DNA from: Eledone cirrhosa
Lineage: Eukaryota
Length of the DNA: 64,000 bases
Reading direction: 5' to 3'
Assembly (NCBI GenBank): GCA_964016885.1
Contig: OZ024744.1
Span: 134,912,001 to 134,976,000, forward strand
Positions 48,817 through 59,739 of this stretch are shown piece after piece. Under the pieces are notes generated by a model. The model was not told the DNA's origin, did not search any database, and worked only from the letters and a program-made list of their open reading frames with translations. A program made the translations under genes and the position numbers. Numbering within the stretch: the stretch's first letter is position 1; every line of letters starts with the position of its first letter.

Positions 48817-50275
48817 AGTCGGGGTTAAGTTAAGTTGGCGTTAAGTTAAGTTAGGCTTAACTTAAGTTGGGGGTAAGTTAAGTTGGGGGTAAGTTAAGTT
48901 GGGGTTAAGTTAAGTTGCGGTTAAGTTGGGGTTAAGTTAAGTTAGGGTTAAGTTAAGTTGGCGTTGAGTTAAGTTGGGGTTAATTAAGTGGTGGTTATGT
49001 TAAGTTGGGGTTAATTTAAATTGGGGTGAAGTTAACTTTGTGGTTAAGTTAAGTTGGGGTTAAGTTAAGTTGGGATTAAGTTGGGGTTGAGTTAAGTTGG
49101 GGTTGAGTGAAGTTGGGGTTAAGTTAAGTTGGGGTAAAGTTAAGTTGGGGTTAAGTTAAGTCGGGGTTAAGTTAAGTTGTGGTTGAGTTAAGTTGGGGTT
49201 AATTTAAGTTGGGGCTAAGTTAATTTGTGGTTAAGTTAAGTTGGGGTTAAGTTAAGTTGGGGTTAAGTTAAGTTGGGGTTAAGTTAAGTTGCAGTTAAGT
49301 TAAGTTGAGGTTAAGTTAAGTTGGGGTTAAGTTAAGTTGGGGTTAAGTTAAGTTGGGGTTCAGTTAAGTTGGGGTTAAGTTAAGTTGGGGTTAAGATGGG
49401 GTTAAATTAAGTTGGGGTTAAGTTAAGTTGGGGTTAAGTTAAGTTGGGGTTAAGTTAAGTTGGGGTTAAGTTAAGTCGGGGTTAAGTTAAGTCGGGGTTA
49501 AGTTAAGTTAGGGTTCAGTTAAGTTGGGGTTAAGTTAAGTTGGGGTTGAGTTAAGTTGGGGTTGAGTTAAATTGGGGTTGAGTTAAGTTGGGGTTGAGTT
49601 AAGTTGGTGTTGAGTTAAGTTGGGGTTAAGTTAAGTTGGGGTTAAGTTAAGTTGCAGTTAAGTTAAGTTGAGGTTAAGTTAAGGTGCGGTTAAGTTAAGT
49701 TGGGGTTAAGTTAAGTTGGGGCTAAGTTAAGTTGGGGCTAAGTTAAGTTGGGGCTAAGTTAAGTTGGGGTTAAGTTACGTTGGGGTTAAGTTAAGTCGGG
49801 GTTAATTTAAGTTGGGGTTAAGTTAAGTTGGGGTTAATTTAAGTTGGGGTTAAGTTAAGTGGGGTTAAGTTAAGTTGGGGTTAAGTTAAGTTGGGGTTAA
49901 GTTAAGTTGGGTTTAAGTTAAGTTGGGGTTAAGTTAAGTTGGGGTCAAGTTAAGTTGGGGTTAAGTTATGTTGGTTAGTTAAGTTGAGTTTAAGTTAATT
50001 TGGGGTTAATTTAAGTTGGGGTTAAGTTAAGTTGGGGTTAAGTTAAGTTGGGGTTAAGTTAAGTGGTGTTAAGTTAAGTTGGGGTTAAGTTAAGTTGGGG
50101 TTAAGTTAAGTTGGGGTTAAGTTAAGTTGGGTTTAAGTTAAGTTGGGGTTAAGTTAAGTTGGGGTCAAGTTAAGTTGGGGTTAAGTTAAGTTGGTTAGTT
50201 AAGTTGAGTTTAAGTTAAGTTGGGGTTAATTTAAGTTGGGGTTAAGTTAAGTTGGGGTTAAGTTAAGTTGGGGTT

Positions 50276-50486
50276 AACCCCAACTTAACTTAACCCCAAC
50301 TTAACTTAACCCCAACGTAACTCAACCCCAACGTAACTCAACCCCAACTTAACTTAACCCAACTTCACTCAACCCCAACTTAACTTAACCCCAACTTCAC
50401 TCAACCCCAACTTAAGTCAACCCCAACTTAACTTAACCCCAACTTGACTTAACCCCAACTTAAGCCCCAACTTAACTTAAGCCCAA
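50276..50486 (-). repeat. Inverted satellite island 18 (type D2, 211 bp)
   Basis: Same as island 17. Confidence 0.97.
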
Positions 50487-53400
50487 AGTCGGGGTTAAGT
50501 TAAGTTGGCGTTAAGTTAAGTTAGGCTTAACTTAAGTTGGGGGTAAGTTAAGTTGGGGGTAAGTTAAGTTGGGGTTAAGTTAAGTTGCGGTTAAGTTGGG
50601 GTTAAGTTAAGTTAGGGTTAAGTTAAGTTGGCGTTGAGTTAAGTTGGGGTTAATTAAGTGGTGGTTATGTTAAGTTGGGGTTAATTTAAATTGGGGTGAA
50701 GTTAACTTTGTGGTTAAGTTAAGTTGGGGTTAAGTTAAGTTGGGATTAAGTTGGGGTTGAGTTAAGTTGGGGTTGAGTGAAGTTGGGGTTAAGTTAAGTT
50801 GGGGTAAAGTTAAGTTGGGGTTAAGTTAAGTCGGGGTTAAGTTAAGTTGTGGTTGAGTTAAGTTGGGGTTAATTTAAGTTGGGGCTAAGTTAATTTGTGG
50901 TTAAGTTAAGTTGGGGTTAAGTTAAGTTGGGGTTAAGTTAAGTTGCAGTTAAGTTAAGTTGAGGTTAAGTTAAGTTGGGGTTAAGTTAAGTTGGGGTTAA
51001 GTTAAGTTGGGGTTCAGTTAAGTTGCAGTTAAGTTAAGTTGAGGTTAAGTTAAGTTGGGGTTAAGTTAAGTTGGGGTTAAGTTAAGTTGGGGTTCAGTTA
51101 AGTTGGGGTTAAGTTAAGTTGGGGTTAAGATGGGGTTAAATTAAGTTGGGGTTAAGTTAAGTTGTGGTTGAGTTAAGTTGGGGTTAATTTAAGTTGGGGC
51201 TAAGTTAATTTGTGGTTAAGTTAAGTTGGGGTTAAGTTAAGTTGGGGTTAAGTTAAGTTGGGGTTAAGTTAAGTTGCAGTTAAGTTAAGTTGAGGTTAAG
51301 TTAAGTTGGGGTTAAGTTAAGTTGGGGTTAAGTTAAGTTGGGGCTAAGTTAAGTTGGGGCTAAGTTAAGTTGGGGCTAAGTTAAGTTGGGGTTAAGTTAA
51401 GTTGGGGTTAAGTTAAGTTGGGGTTAATTTAAGTTGGGGTTAAGTTAAGTTGGGGTTAAGTTAAGTTGGTGTTAAATTAAGTTGGGGCTAAGTTAAGTTG
51501 GGGCTGAGTTAAGTTGGGGCTGAGTTAAGTTGGGGTTAAGTTAAGTTGGGGTTGAGTTAAGTTGGGGTTAAGTTAAGTTGGGGTCAAGTTAAGTTGGGGT
51601 TAAGTTAAGTTGGGGTTAAGTTAAGTTGGGGTTAAGTTAAGTCGGGGTTAAGTTAAGTTGGGGTTAAGTTAAGTTGGGGTTAATTTAAGTTGGGGTTAAG
51701 TTAAGTTGGGGTTAAGTTAAGTTGGGGTTAAGTTAAGTTGGGGTTAAGTTAAGTTGGGGATAATTTAAGTTGGGGTTAAGTTAAGTTTGGGTTTAAGTTA
51801 AGTTGGGGTTAAGTTAAGTTGGGGTTAAGTTAAGTTGGGGTTAAGTTAAGTTGGTTAGTTAAGTTGAGTTTAAGTTAAGTTGGGGTTAATTTAAGTTGGG
51901 GTTAAGTTAAGTCGGGGTTAATTTAAGTCGGGGTTAAGTTAAGTTAGGGTTCAGTTAAGTTGGGGTTAAGTTAAGTTGGGGTTGAGTTAAGTTGGGGTTG
52001 AGTTAAGTTGGGGTTGAGTTAATTTGGGGTTAAGTTGGGGTTAAGTTAAGTTGGGTTTAAGTTAAGTTGGGGGCAAGTTAAGTTGGGGTTAAATTAAGTT
52101 GGGGTTAAATTAAGTTGGGGTTAAGTTAAGTTGGGGGTAAGTTAAGTTGGGGCAAGTTAAGTTGGGGTTAATTTAAGTTGGGGTTCAATTAAGTTGGGGT
52201 TACGTTAAGTTGGTGTTAAGTTAAGTTGGGGTTAATTTAAGTTGGGGTTAATTAAGTTGGGGTTAAGTTAAGTTGGGGTTAAGTTAAGTTGGGGTTAATT
52301 TAAGTTGGGGTTGAGTTAAGTTGGGGTTAAGTTAAGTTGGGGTTATATTAAGTTGGGGTTAAGTTAAGTTGGGGTTCAGTTAAGTTGGGGATAAGTTAAG
52401 TTGGGGTTAAGTTAAGTTGGGGTTAATTAAGTTGGGGTTAAGTTAAGTTGGGGTTAAGTTAAGTTGGGGCTAAGTTAAGTTGGGGCTGAGTTAAGTTGGG
52501 GCTGAGTTAAGTTGGGGTTAAGTTAAGTTGGGGTTGAGTTAAGTTGGGGTTAAGTTAAGTTGGGGTCAAGTTAAGTTGGGGTTAAGTTGGGGTTAAGTTA
52601 AGTTAGGTTTAAGTTAAGTTGGGGTTAAGTTAAGTTGGGGTTAAGTTAAGTTGGGGTTAAGTTAAGTTGGGGTTAAGTTAATTTGTGGTTTAGTTAAGTT
52701 GGGGTTAAGTTAAGTTGGGGTTAAGTTAAGTTGGGGTTAAGTTAAGTCGGGGTTAAGTTAAGTTGGGGTTAAGTTAAGTTGGGGTTAAGTTAAGTTGGGG
52801 TTAAGTTAAGTTGGGGTTAAGTTAAGTTGAGGTTAAGTTAAGTTGGGGTTAAATTAAGTTGGGGTTAAGTTAAGTTGGGGTTAAGTTAAGTTGGGGTTAA
52901 GTTAAGTTGGGGATAAGTTAAGTTGGGGATGATTTAAGTTGGGGTTAAGTTAAGTTGGGTTTAAGTTAAGTTGGGGTTAAGTTAAGTTGGGGATATGTTA
53001 AGTTGGGGTTAAGTTAAGTTTGGGTTAAGTTAAGTTGGGGTTAAGTTAAGTTGGGGCTAAGTTAAGTTGGGGCTGAGTTAAGTTGGGGTTAATTTAAGTT
53101 GGGGTTAAGTTAAGTTGGGATTAATTTAAGTTGGGGTTTATTTAAGTTGGGGTTAAGTTAAGTTGGGGTTCAGTTAAGTTGGGGTTAAGTTAATTTGGGG
53201 TTAAGATGGGGTTAAATTAAGTTGGGGTTAAGTTAAGTTGGGGTTAAGTTAAGTTGGGGTTAAGTTAAGTTGGGGTTAAGTTAAGTCGGGGTTAAGTTAA
53301 GTCGGGGTTAAGTTAAGTTAGGGTTCAGTTAAGTTGGGGTTAAGTTAAGTTGGGGTTGAGTTAAATTGGGGTTGAGTTAAGTTGGTGTTGAGTTAAGTTG

Positions 53401-53693
53401 GGGTTAAGTTAAGTTGGGGTTAAGTTAAGTTGCAGTTAAGTTAAGTTGAGGTTAAGTTAAGGTGCGGTTAAGTTAAGTTGGGGTTAAGTTAAGTTGGGGC
53501 TAAGTTAAGTTGGGGCTAAGTTAAGTTGGGGCTAAGTTAAGTTGGGGTTAAGTTACGTTGGGGTTAAGTTAAGTCAGGGTTAAGTTAAGTTGGGGTTAAG
53601 TTAAGTTGGGGTTAATTTAAGTTGGGGTTAAGTTAAGTTGGGGTTAAGTTAAGTTGGGGTTAAGTTAAGTTGGGGTTAAGTTAAGTTGGGGTT

Positions 53694-53909
53694 AACCCCA
53701 ACTTAACTTAACCCCAACTTAACTTAACCCCAACTTCACTCAACCCCAACGTAACTCAACCCCAACTTAACTTAACCCCAACTTCACTCAACCCCAACTT
53801 AACTTAACCCCAACTTCACTCAACCCCAACTTAAGTCAACCCCAACTTAACTTAACCCCAACTTGACTTAACCCCAACTTAACTTAGCCCCAACTTAACT
53901 TAAGCCCAA
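53694..53909 (-). repeat. Inverted satellite island 19 (type C, 216 bp)
   Basis: Paralog of island 16. Confidence 0.97.
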
Positions 53910-55146
53910 AGTCGGGGTTAAGTTAAGTTGGCGTTAAGTTAAGTTAGGCTTAACTTAAGTTGGGGGTAAGTTAAGTTGGGGGTAAGTTAAGTTGGGGTTA
54001 AGTTAAGTTGCGGTTAAGTTGGGGTTAAGTTAAGTTAGGGTTAAGTTAAGTTGGCGTTGAGTTAAGTTGGGGTTAATTAAGTGGTGGTTATGTTAAGTTG
54101 GGGTTAATTTAAATTGGGGTGAAGTTAACTTTGTGGTTAAGTTAAGTTGGGGTTAAGTTAAGTTGGGGTTAAGTTGGGGTTGAGTTAAGTTGGGGTTGAG
54201 TGAAGTTGGGGTTAAGTTAAGTTGGGGTAAAGTTAAGTTGGGGTTAAGTTAAGTCGGGGTTAAGTTAAGTTGTGGTTGAGTTAAGTTGGGTTAATTTAAG
54301 TTGGGGCTAAGTTAATTTGTGGTTAAGTTAAGTTGGGGTTAAGTTAAGTTGGGGTTAAGTTAAGTTGGGGTTAAGTTAAGTTGCAGTTAAGTTAAGTTGA
54401 GGTTAAGTTAAGTTGGGGTTAAGTTAAGTTGGGGTTAAGTTAAGTTGGGGTTCAGTTAAGTTGGGGTTAAGTTAAGTTGGGGTTAAGATGGGGTTAAATT
54501 AAGTTGGGGTTAAGTTAAGTTGGGGTTAAGTTAAGTTGGGGTTAAGTTAAGTTGGGGTTAAGTTAAGTCGGGGTTAAGTTAAGTCGGGGTTAAGTTAAGT
54601 TAAGGTTCAGTTAAGTTGGGGTTAAGTTAAGTTGGGGTTGAGTTAAGTTGGGGTTGAGTTAAATTGGGGTTGAGTTAAGTTGGGGTTGAGTTAAGTTGGT
54701 GTTGAGTTAAGTTGGGGTTAAGTTAAGTTGGGGTTAAGTTAAGTTGCAGTTAAGTTAAGTTGAGGTTAAGTTAAGGTGCGGTTAAGTTAAGTTGGGGTTA
54801 AGTTAAGTTGGGGCTAAGTTAAGTTGGGGCTAAGTTAAGTTGGGGCTAACTTAAGTTGGGGTTAAGTTACGTTGGGGTTAAGTTAAGTCGGGGTTAAGTT
54901 AAGTTGGGGTTAAGTTAAGTTGGGGTTAATTTAATTGGGGTTAAGTTAAGTGGGGTTAAGTTAAGTTGGGGTTAAGTTAAGTTGGGGTTAAGTTAAGTTG
55001 GGTTTAAGTTAAGTTGGGGTTAAGTTAAGTTGGGGTCAAGTTAAGTTGGGGTTAATTTAAGTTGGTTAGTTAAGTTGAGTTTAAGTTAAGTTGGGGTTAA
55101 TTTAAGTTGGGGTTAAGTTAAGTTGGGGTTAAGTTAAGTTGGGGTT

Positions 55147-55357
55147 AACCCCAACTTAACTTAACCCCAACTTAACTTAACCCCAACGTAACTCAACCCC
55201 AACGTAACTCAACCCCAACTTAACTTAACCCAACTTCACTCAACCCCAACTTAACTTAACCCCAACTTCACTCAACCCCAACTTAAGTCAACCCCAACTT
55301 AACTTAACCCCAACTTGACTTAACCCCAACTTAAGCCCCAACTTAACTTAAGCCCAA
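55147..55357 (-). repeat. Inverted satellite island 20 (type D2, 211 bp)
   Basis: Paralog of island 17. Confidence 0.97.
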
Positions 55358-56816
55358 AGTCGGGGTTAAGTTAAGTTGGCGTTAAGTTAAGTTAGGCTTA
55401 ACTTAAGTTGGGGGTAAGTTAAGTTGGGGGTAAGTTAAGTTGGGGTTAAGTTAAGTTGCGGTTAAGTTGGGGTTAAGTTAAGTTAGGGTTAAGTTAAGTT
55501 GGCGTTGAGTTAAGTTGGGGTTAATTAAGTGGTGGTTATGTTAAGTTGGGGTTAATTTAAATTGGGGTGAAGTTAACTTTGTGGTTAAGTTAAGTTGGGG
55601 TTAAGTTAAGTTGGGATTAAGTTGGGGTTGAGTTAAGTTGGGGTTGAGTGAAGTTGGGGTTAAGTTAAGTTGGGGTAAAGTTAAGTTGGGGTTAAGTTAA
55701 GTCGGGGTTAAGTTAAGTTGTGGTTGAGTTAAGTTGGGGTTAATTTAAGTTGGGGCTAAGTTAATTTGTGGTTAAGTTAAGTTGGGGTTAAGTTAAGTTG
55801 GGGTTAAGTTAAGTTGGGGTTAAGTTAAGTTGCAGTTAAGTTAAGTTGAGGTTAAGTTAAGTTGGGGTTAAGTTAAGTTGGGGTTAAGTTAAGTTGGGGT
55901 TCAGTTAAGTTGGGGTTAAGTTAAGTTGGGGTTAAGATGGGGTTAAATTAAGTTGGGGTTAAGTTAAGTTGGGGTTAAGTTAAGTTGGGGTTAAGTTAAG
56001 TTGGGGTTAAGTTAAGTCGGGGTTAAGTTAAGTCGGGGTTAAGTTAAGTTAGGGTTCAGTTAAGTTGGGGTTAAGTTAAGTTGGGGTTGAGTTAAGTTGG
56101 GGTTGAGTTAAATTGGGGTTGAGTTAAGTTGGGGTTGAGTTAAGTTGGTGTTGAGTTAAGTTGGGGTTAAGTTAAGTTGGGGTTAAGTTAAGTTGCAGTT
56201 AAGTTAAGTTGAGGTTAAGTTAAGGTGCGGTTAAGTTAAGTTGGGGTTAAGTTAAGTTGGGGCTAAGTTAAGTTGGGGCTAAGTTAAGTTGGGGCTAAGT
56301 TAAGTTGGGGTTAAGTTACGTTGGGGTTAAGTTAAGTCGGGGTTAATTTAAGTTGGGGTTAAGTTAAGTTGGGGTTAATTTAAGTTGGGGTTAAGTTAAG
56401 TGGGGTTAAGTTAAGTTGGGGTTAAGTTAAGTTGGGGTTAAGTTAAGTTGGGTTTAAGTTAAGTTGGGGTTAAGTTAAGTTGGGGTCAAGTTAAGTTGGG
56501 GTTAAGTTATGTTGGTTAGTTAAGTTGAGTTTAAGTTAATTTGGGGTTAATTTAAGTTGGGGTTAAGTTAAGTTGGGGTTAAGTTAAGTTGGGGTTAAGT
56601 TAAGTGGTGTTAAGTTAAGTTGGGGTTAAGTTAAGTTGGGGTTAAGTTAAGTTGGGGTTAAGTTAAGTTGGGTTTAAGTTAAGTTGGGGTTAAGTTAAGT
56701 TGGGGTCAAGTTAAGTTGGGGTTAAGTTAAGTTGGTTAGTTAAGTTGAGTTTAAGTTAAGTTGGGGTTAATTTAAGTTGGGGTTAAGTTAAGTTGGGGTT
56801 AAGTTAAGTTGGGGTT

Positions 56817-57027
56817 AACCCCAACTTAACTTAACCCCAACTTAACTTAACCCCAACGTAACTCAACCCCAACGTAACTCAACCCCAACTTAACTTAACC
56901 CAACTTCACTCAACCCCAACTTAACTTAACCCCAACTTCACTCAACCCCAACTTAAGTCAACCCCAACTTAACTTAACCCCAACTTGACTTAACCCCAAC
57001 TTAAGCCCCAACTTAACTTAAGCCCAA
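56817..57027 (-). repeat. Inverted satellite island 21 (type D2, 211 bp)
   Basis: Paralog of island 18. Confidence 0.97.
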
Positions 57028-58346
57028 AGTCGGGGTTAAGTTAAGTTGGCGTTAAGTTAAGTTAGGCTTAACTTAAGTTGGGGGTAAGTTAAGTTGGGGG
57101 TAAGTTAAGTTGGGGTTAAGTTAAGTTGCGGTTAAGTTGGGGTTAAGTTAAGTTAGGGTTAAGTTAAGTTGGCGTTGAGTTAAGTTGGGGTTAATTAAGT
57201 GGTGGTTATGTTAAGTTGGGGTTAATTTAAATTGGGGTGAAGTTAACTTTGTGGTTAAGTTAAGTTGGGGTTAAGTTAAGTTGGGATTAAGTTGGGGTTG
57301 AGTTAAGTTGGGGTCGACTGAAGTTGGGATTAAGTTAAGTTGGGGTAAAGTTAAGTTGGGGTTAAGTTAAGTCGGGGTTAAGTTAAGTTGTGGTTGAGTT
57401 AAGTTGGGGTTAATTTAAGTTGGGGCTAAGTTAATTTGTGGTTAAGTTAAGTTGGGGTTAAGTTAAGTTGGGGTTAAGTTAAGTTGCAGTTAAGTTAAGT
57501 TGAGGTTAAGTTAAGTTGGGGTTAAGTTAAGTTGGGGTTAAGTTAAGTTGGGGTTCAGTTAAGTTGCAGTTAAGTTAAGTTGAGGTTAAGTTAAGTTGGG
57601 GTTAAGTTAAGTTGGGGTTAAGTTAAGTTGGGGTTCAGTTAAGTTGGGGTTAAGTTAAGTTGGGGTTAAGATGGGGTTAAATTAAGTTGGGGTTAAGTTA
57701 AGTTGGGGTTAAGTTAAGTTGGGGTTAAGGTAAGTTGGGGTTAAGTTAAGTCGGGGCTAAGTTAAGTCGGGGTTAAGTTAAGTTAGGGTTCAGTTAAGTT
57801 GGGGTTAAGTTAAGTTGGGGTTGAGTTAAGTTGGGGTTGAGTTAAATTGGGGTTGAGTTAAGTTGGGGTTGAGTTAAGTTGGTGTTGAGTTAAGTTGGGG
57901 TTAAGTTAAGTTGGGGTTAAGTTAAGTTGCAGTTAAGTTAAGTTGAGGTTAAGTTAAGGTGCGGTTAAGTTAAGTTGGGGTTAAGTTAAGTTGGGGCTAA
58001 GTTAAGTTGGGGCTAAGTTAAGTTGGGGCTAAGTTAAGTTGGGGTTAAGTTACGTTGGGGTTAAGTTAAGTCGGGGTTAATTTAAGTTGGGGTTAAGTTA
58101 AGTTGGGGTTAATTTAAGTTGGGGTTAAGTTAAGTGGGGTTAAGTTAAGTTGGGGTTAAGTTAAGTTGGGGTTAAGTTAAGTTGGGTTTAAGTTAAGTTG
58201 GGGTTAAGTTAAGTTGGGGTCAAGTTAAGTTGGGGTTAAGTTATGTTGGTTAGTTAAGTTGAGTTTAAGTTAATTTGGGGTTAATTTAAGTTGGGGTTAA
58301 GTTAAGTTGGGGTTAAGTTAAGTTGGGGTTAAGTTAAGTTGGGGTT

Positions 58347-58557
58347 AACCCCAACTTAACTTAACCCCAACTTAACTTAACCCCAACGTAACTCAACCCC
58401 AACGTAACTCAACCCCAACTTAACTTAACCCAACTTCACTCAACCCCAACTTAACTTAACCCAAACTTCACTCAACCCCAACTTAAGTCAACCCCAACTT
58501 AACTTAACCCCAACTTGACTTAACCCCAACTTAAGCCCCAACTTAACTTAAGCCCAA
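58347..58557 (-). repeat. Inverted satellite island 22 (type D2, 211 bp)
   Basis: Type D2 with private AACCCAAACTTCAC. Confidence 0.97.
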
Positions 58558-59739
58558 AGTCGGGGTTAAGTTAAGTTGGCGTTAAGTTAAGTTAGGCTTA
58601 ACTTAAGTTGGGGGTAAGTTAAGTTGGGGGTAAGTTAAGTTGGGGTTAAGTTAAGTTGCGGTTAAGTTGGGGTTAAGTTAAGTTAGGGTTAAGTTAAGTT
58701 GGCGTTGAGTTAAGTTGGGGTTAATTAAGTGGTGGTTATGTTAAGTTGGGGTTAATTTAAATTGGGGTGAAGTTAACTTTGTGGTTAAGTTGAGTTGGGG
58801 TTAAGTTGGGGTTGAGTTAAGTTGGGGTTGAGTGAAGTTGGGGTTAAGTTAAGTTGGGGTAAAGTTAAGTTGGGGTTAAGTTAAGTCGGGGTTAAGTTAA
58901 GTTGTGGTTGAGTTAAGTTGGAGTTAATTTAAGTTGGGGCTAAGTTAATTTGTGGTTAAGTTAAGTTGGGGTTAAGTTAAGTTGGGGTTAAGTTAAGTTG
59001 GGGTTAAGTTAAGTTGCAGTTAAGTTAAGTTGAGGTTAAGTTAAGTTGGGGTTAAGTTAAGTTGGGGTTAAGTTAAGTTGGGGCTAAGTTAAGTTGGGGC
59101 TAAGTTAAGTTGGGGCTAAGTTAAGTTGGGGTTAAGTTAAGTTGGGGTTAAGTTAAGTTGGGGTTAAGTTAAGTTGGGGTTAAGTTAAGTTGGTGTTAAG
59201 TTAAGTTGGGGCTATGTTAAGTTGGGGCTGAGTTAAGTTGGGGCTGAGTTAAGTTGGGGTTAAGTTAAGTTGGGGTTAAGTTAAGTCGTGGTTAAGTTAA
59301 GTTGGGGTTAAGTTAAGTTGGGGTTAATTTAAGTTGGGGTTGAGTTAAGTTGGTATTGAGTTAAGTTGGGGTTAAGTTAAGTTGGGGTTAAGTTAAGTTG
59401 CAGTTAAGTTAAGTTGAGGTTAAGTTAAGGTGCGGTTAAGTTAAGTTGGGGTTAAGTTAAGTTGGGGCTAAGTTAAGTTGGGGCTAAGTTACGTTGGGGT
59501 TAAGTTAAGTTGGGGTTAAGTTAAGTCGGGGTTAAGTTAAGTTGGGGTTAAGTTAAGTTGGGGTTAATTTAAGTTGGGGTTAAGTTAAGTTGGGGTTAAG
59601 TTAAGTTGGGGTTAAGTTAAGTTGGGGTTAAGTTAAGTCGGGGTTAATTTAAGTCGGGGTTAAGTTAAGTTAGGGTTCAGTTAAGTTGGGGTTAAGTTAA
59701 GTTGGGGTTGAGTTAAGTTGGGGTTGAGTTAATTTGGGG

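Larger units (their letters stand above)
44635..57690 (+). repeat. ~6.5-kb tandem duplication (copy 1 ~44635-51160, copy 2 ~51161-57690)
   Basis: Islands 16-18 match islands 19-21 (offsets 6526, 6541, 6541); the private G in GGGGATGATTT is at 46405 and 52931; TTAAGGTTCAG and GGGGCTAACTT are paired. Confidence 0.92.

Noticed and set aside
2771-58557. Islands as MDA or nanopore fold-back chimeras
   Set aside because: Artefactual fold-backs would mirror the adjacent sequence and have random junctions. These have fixed junctions, variants not mirrored in the left flank, and heritable subtypes. Read-level confirmation is still desirable.
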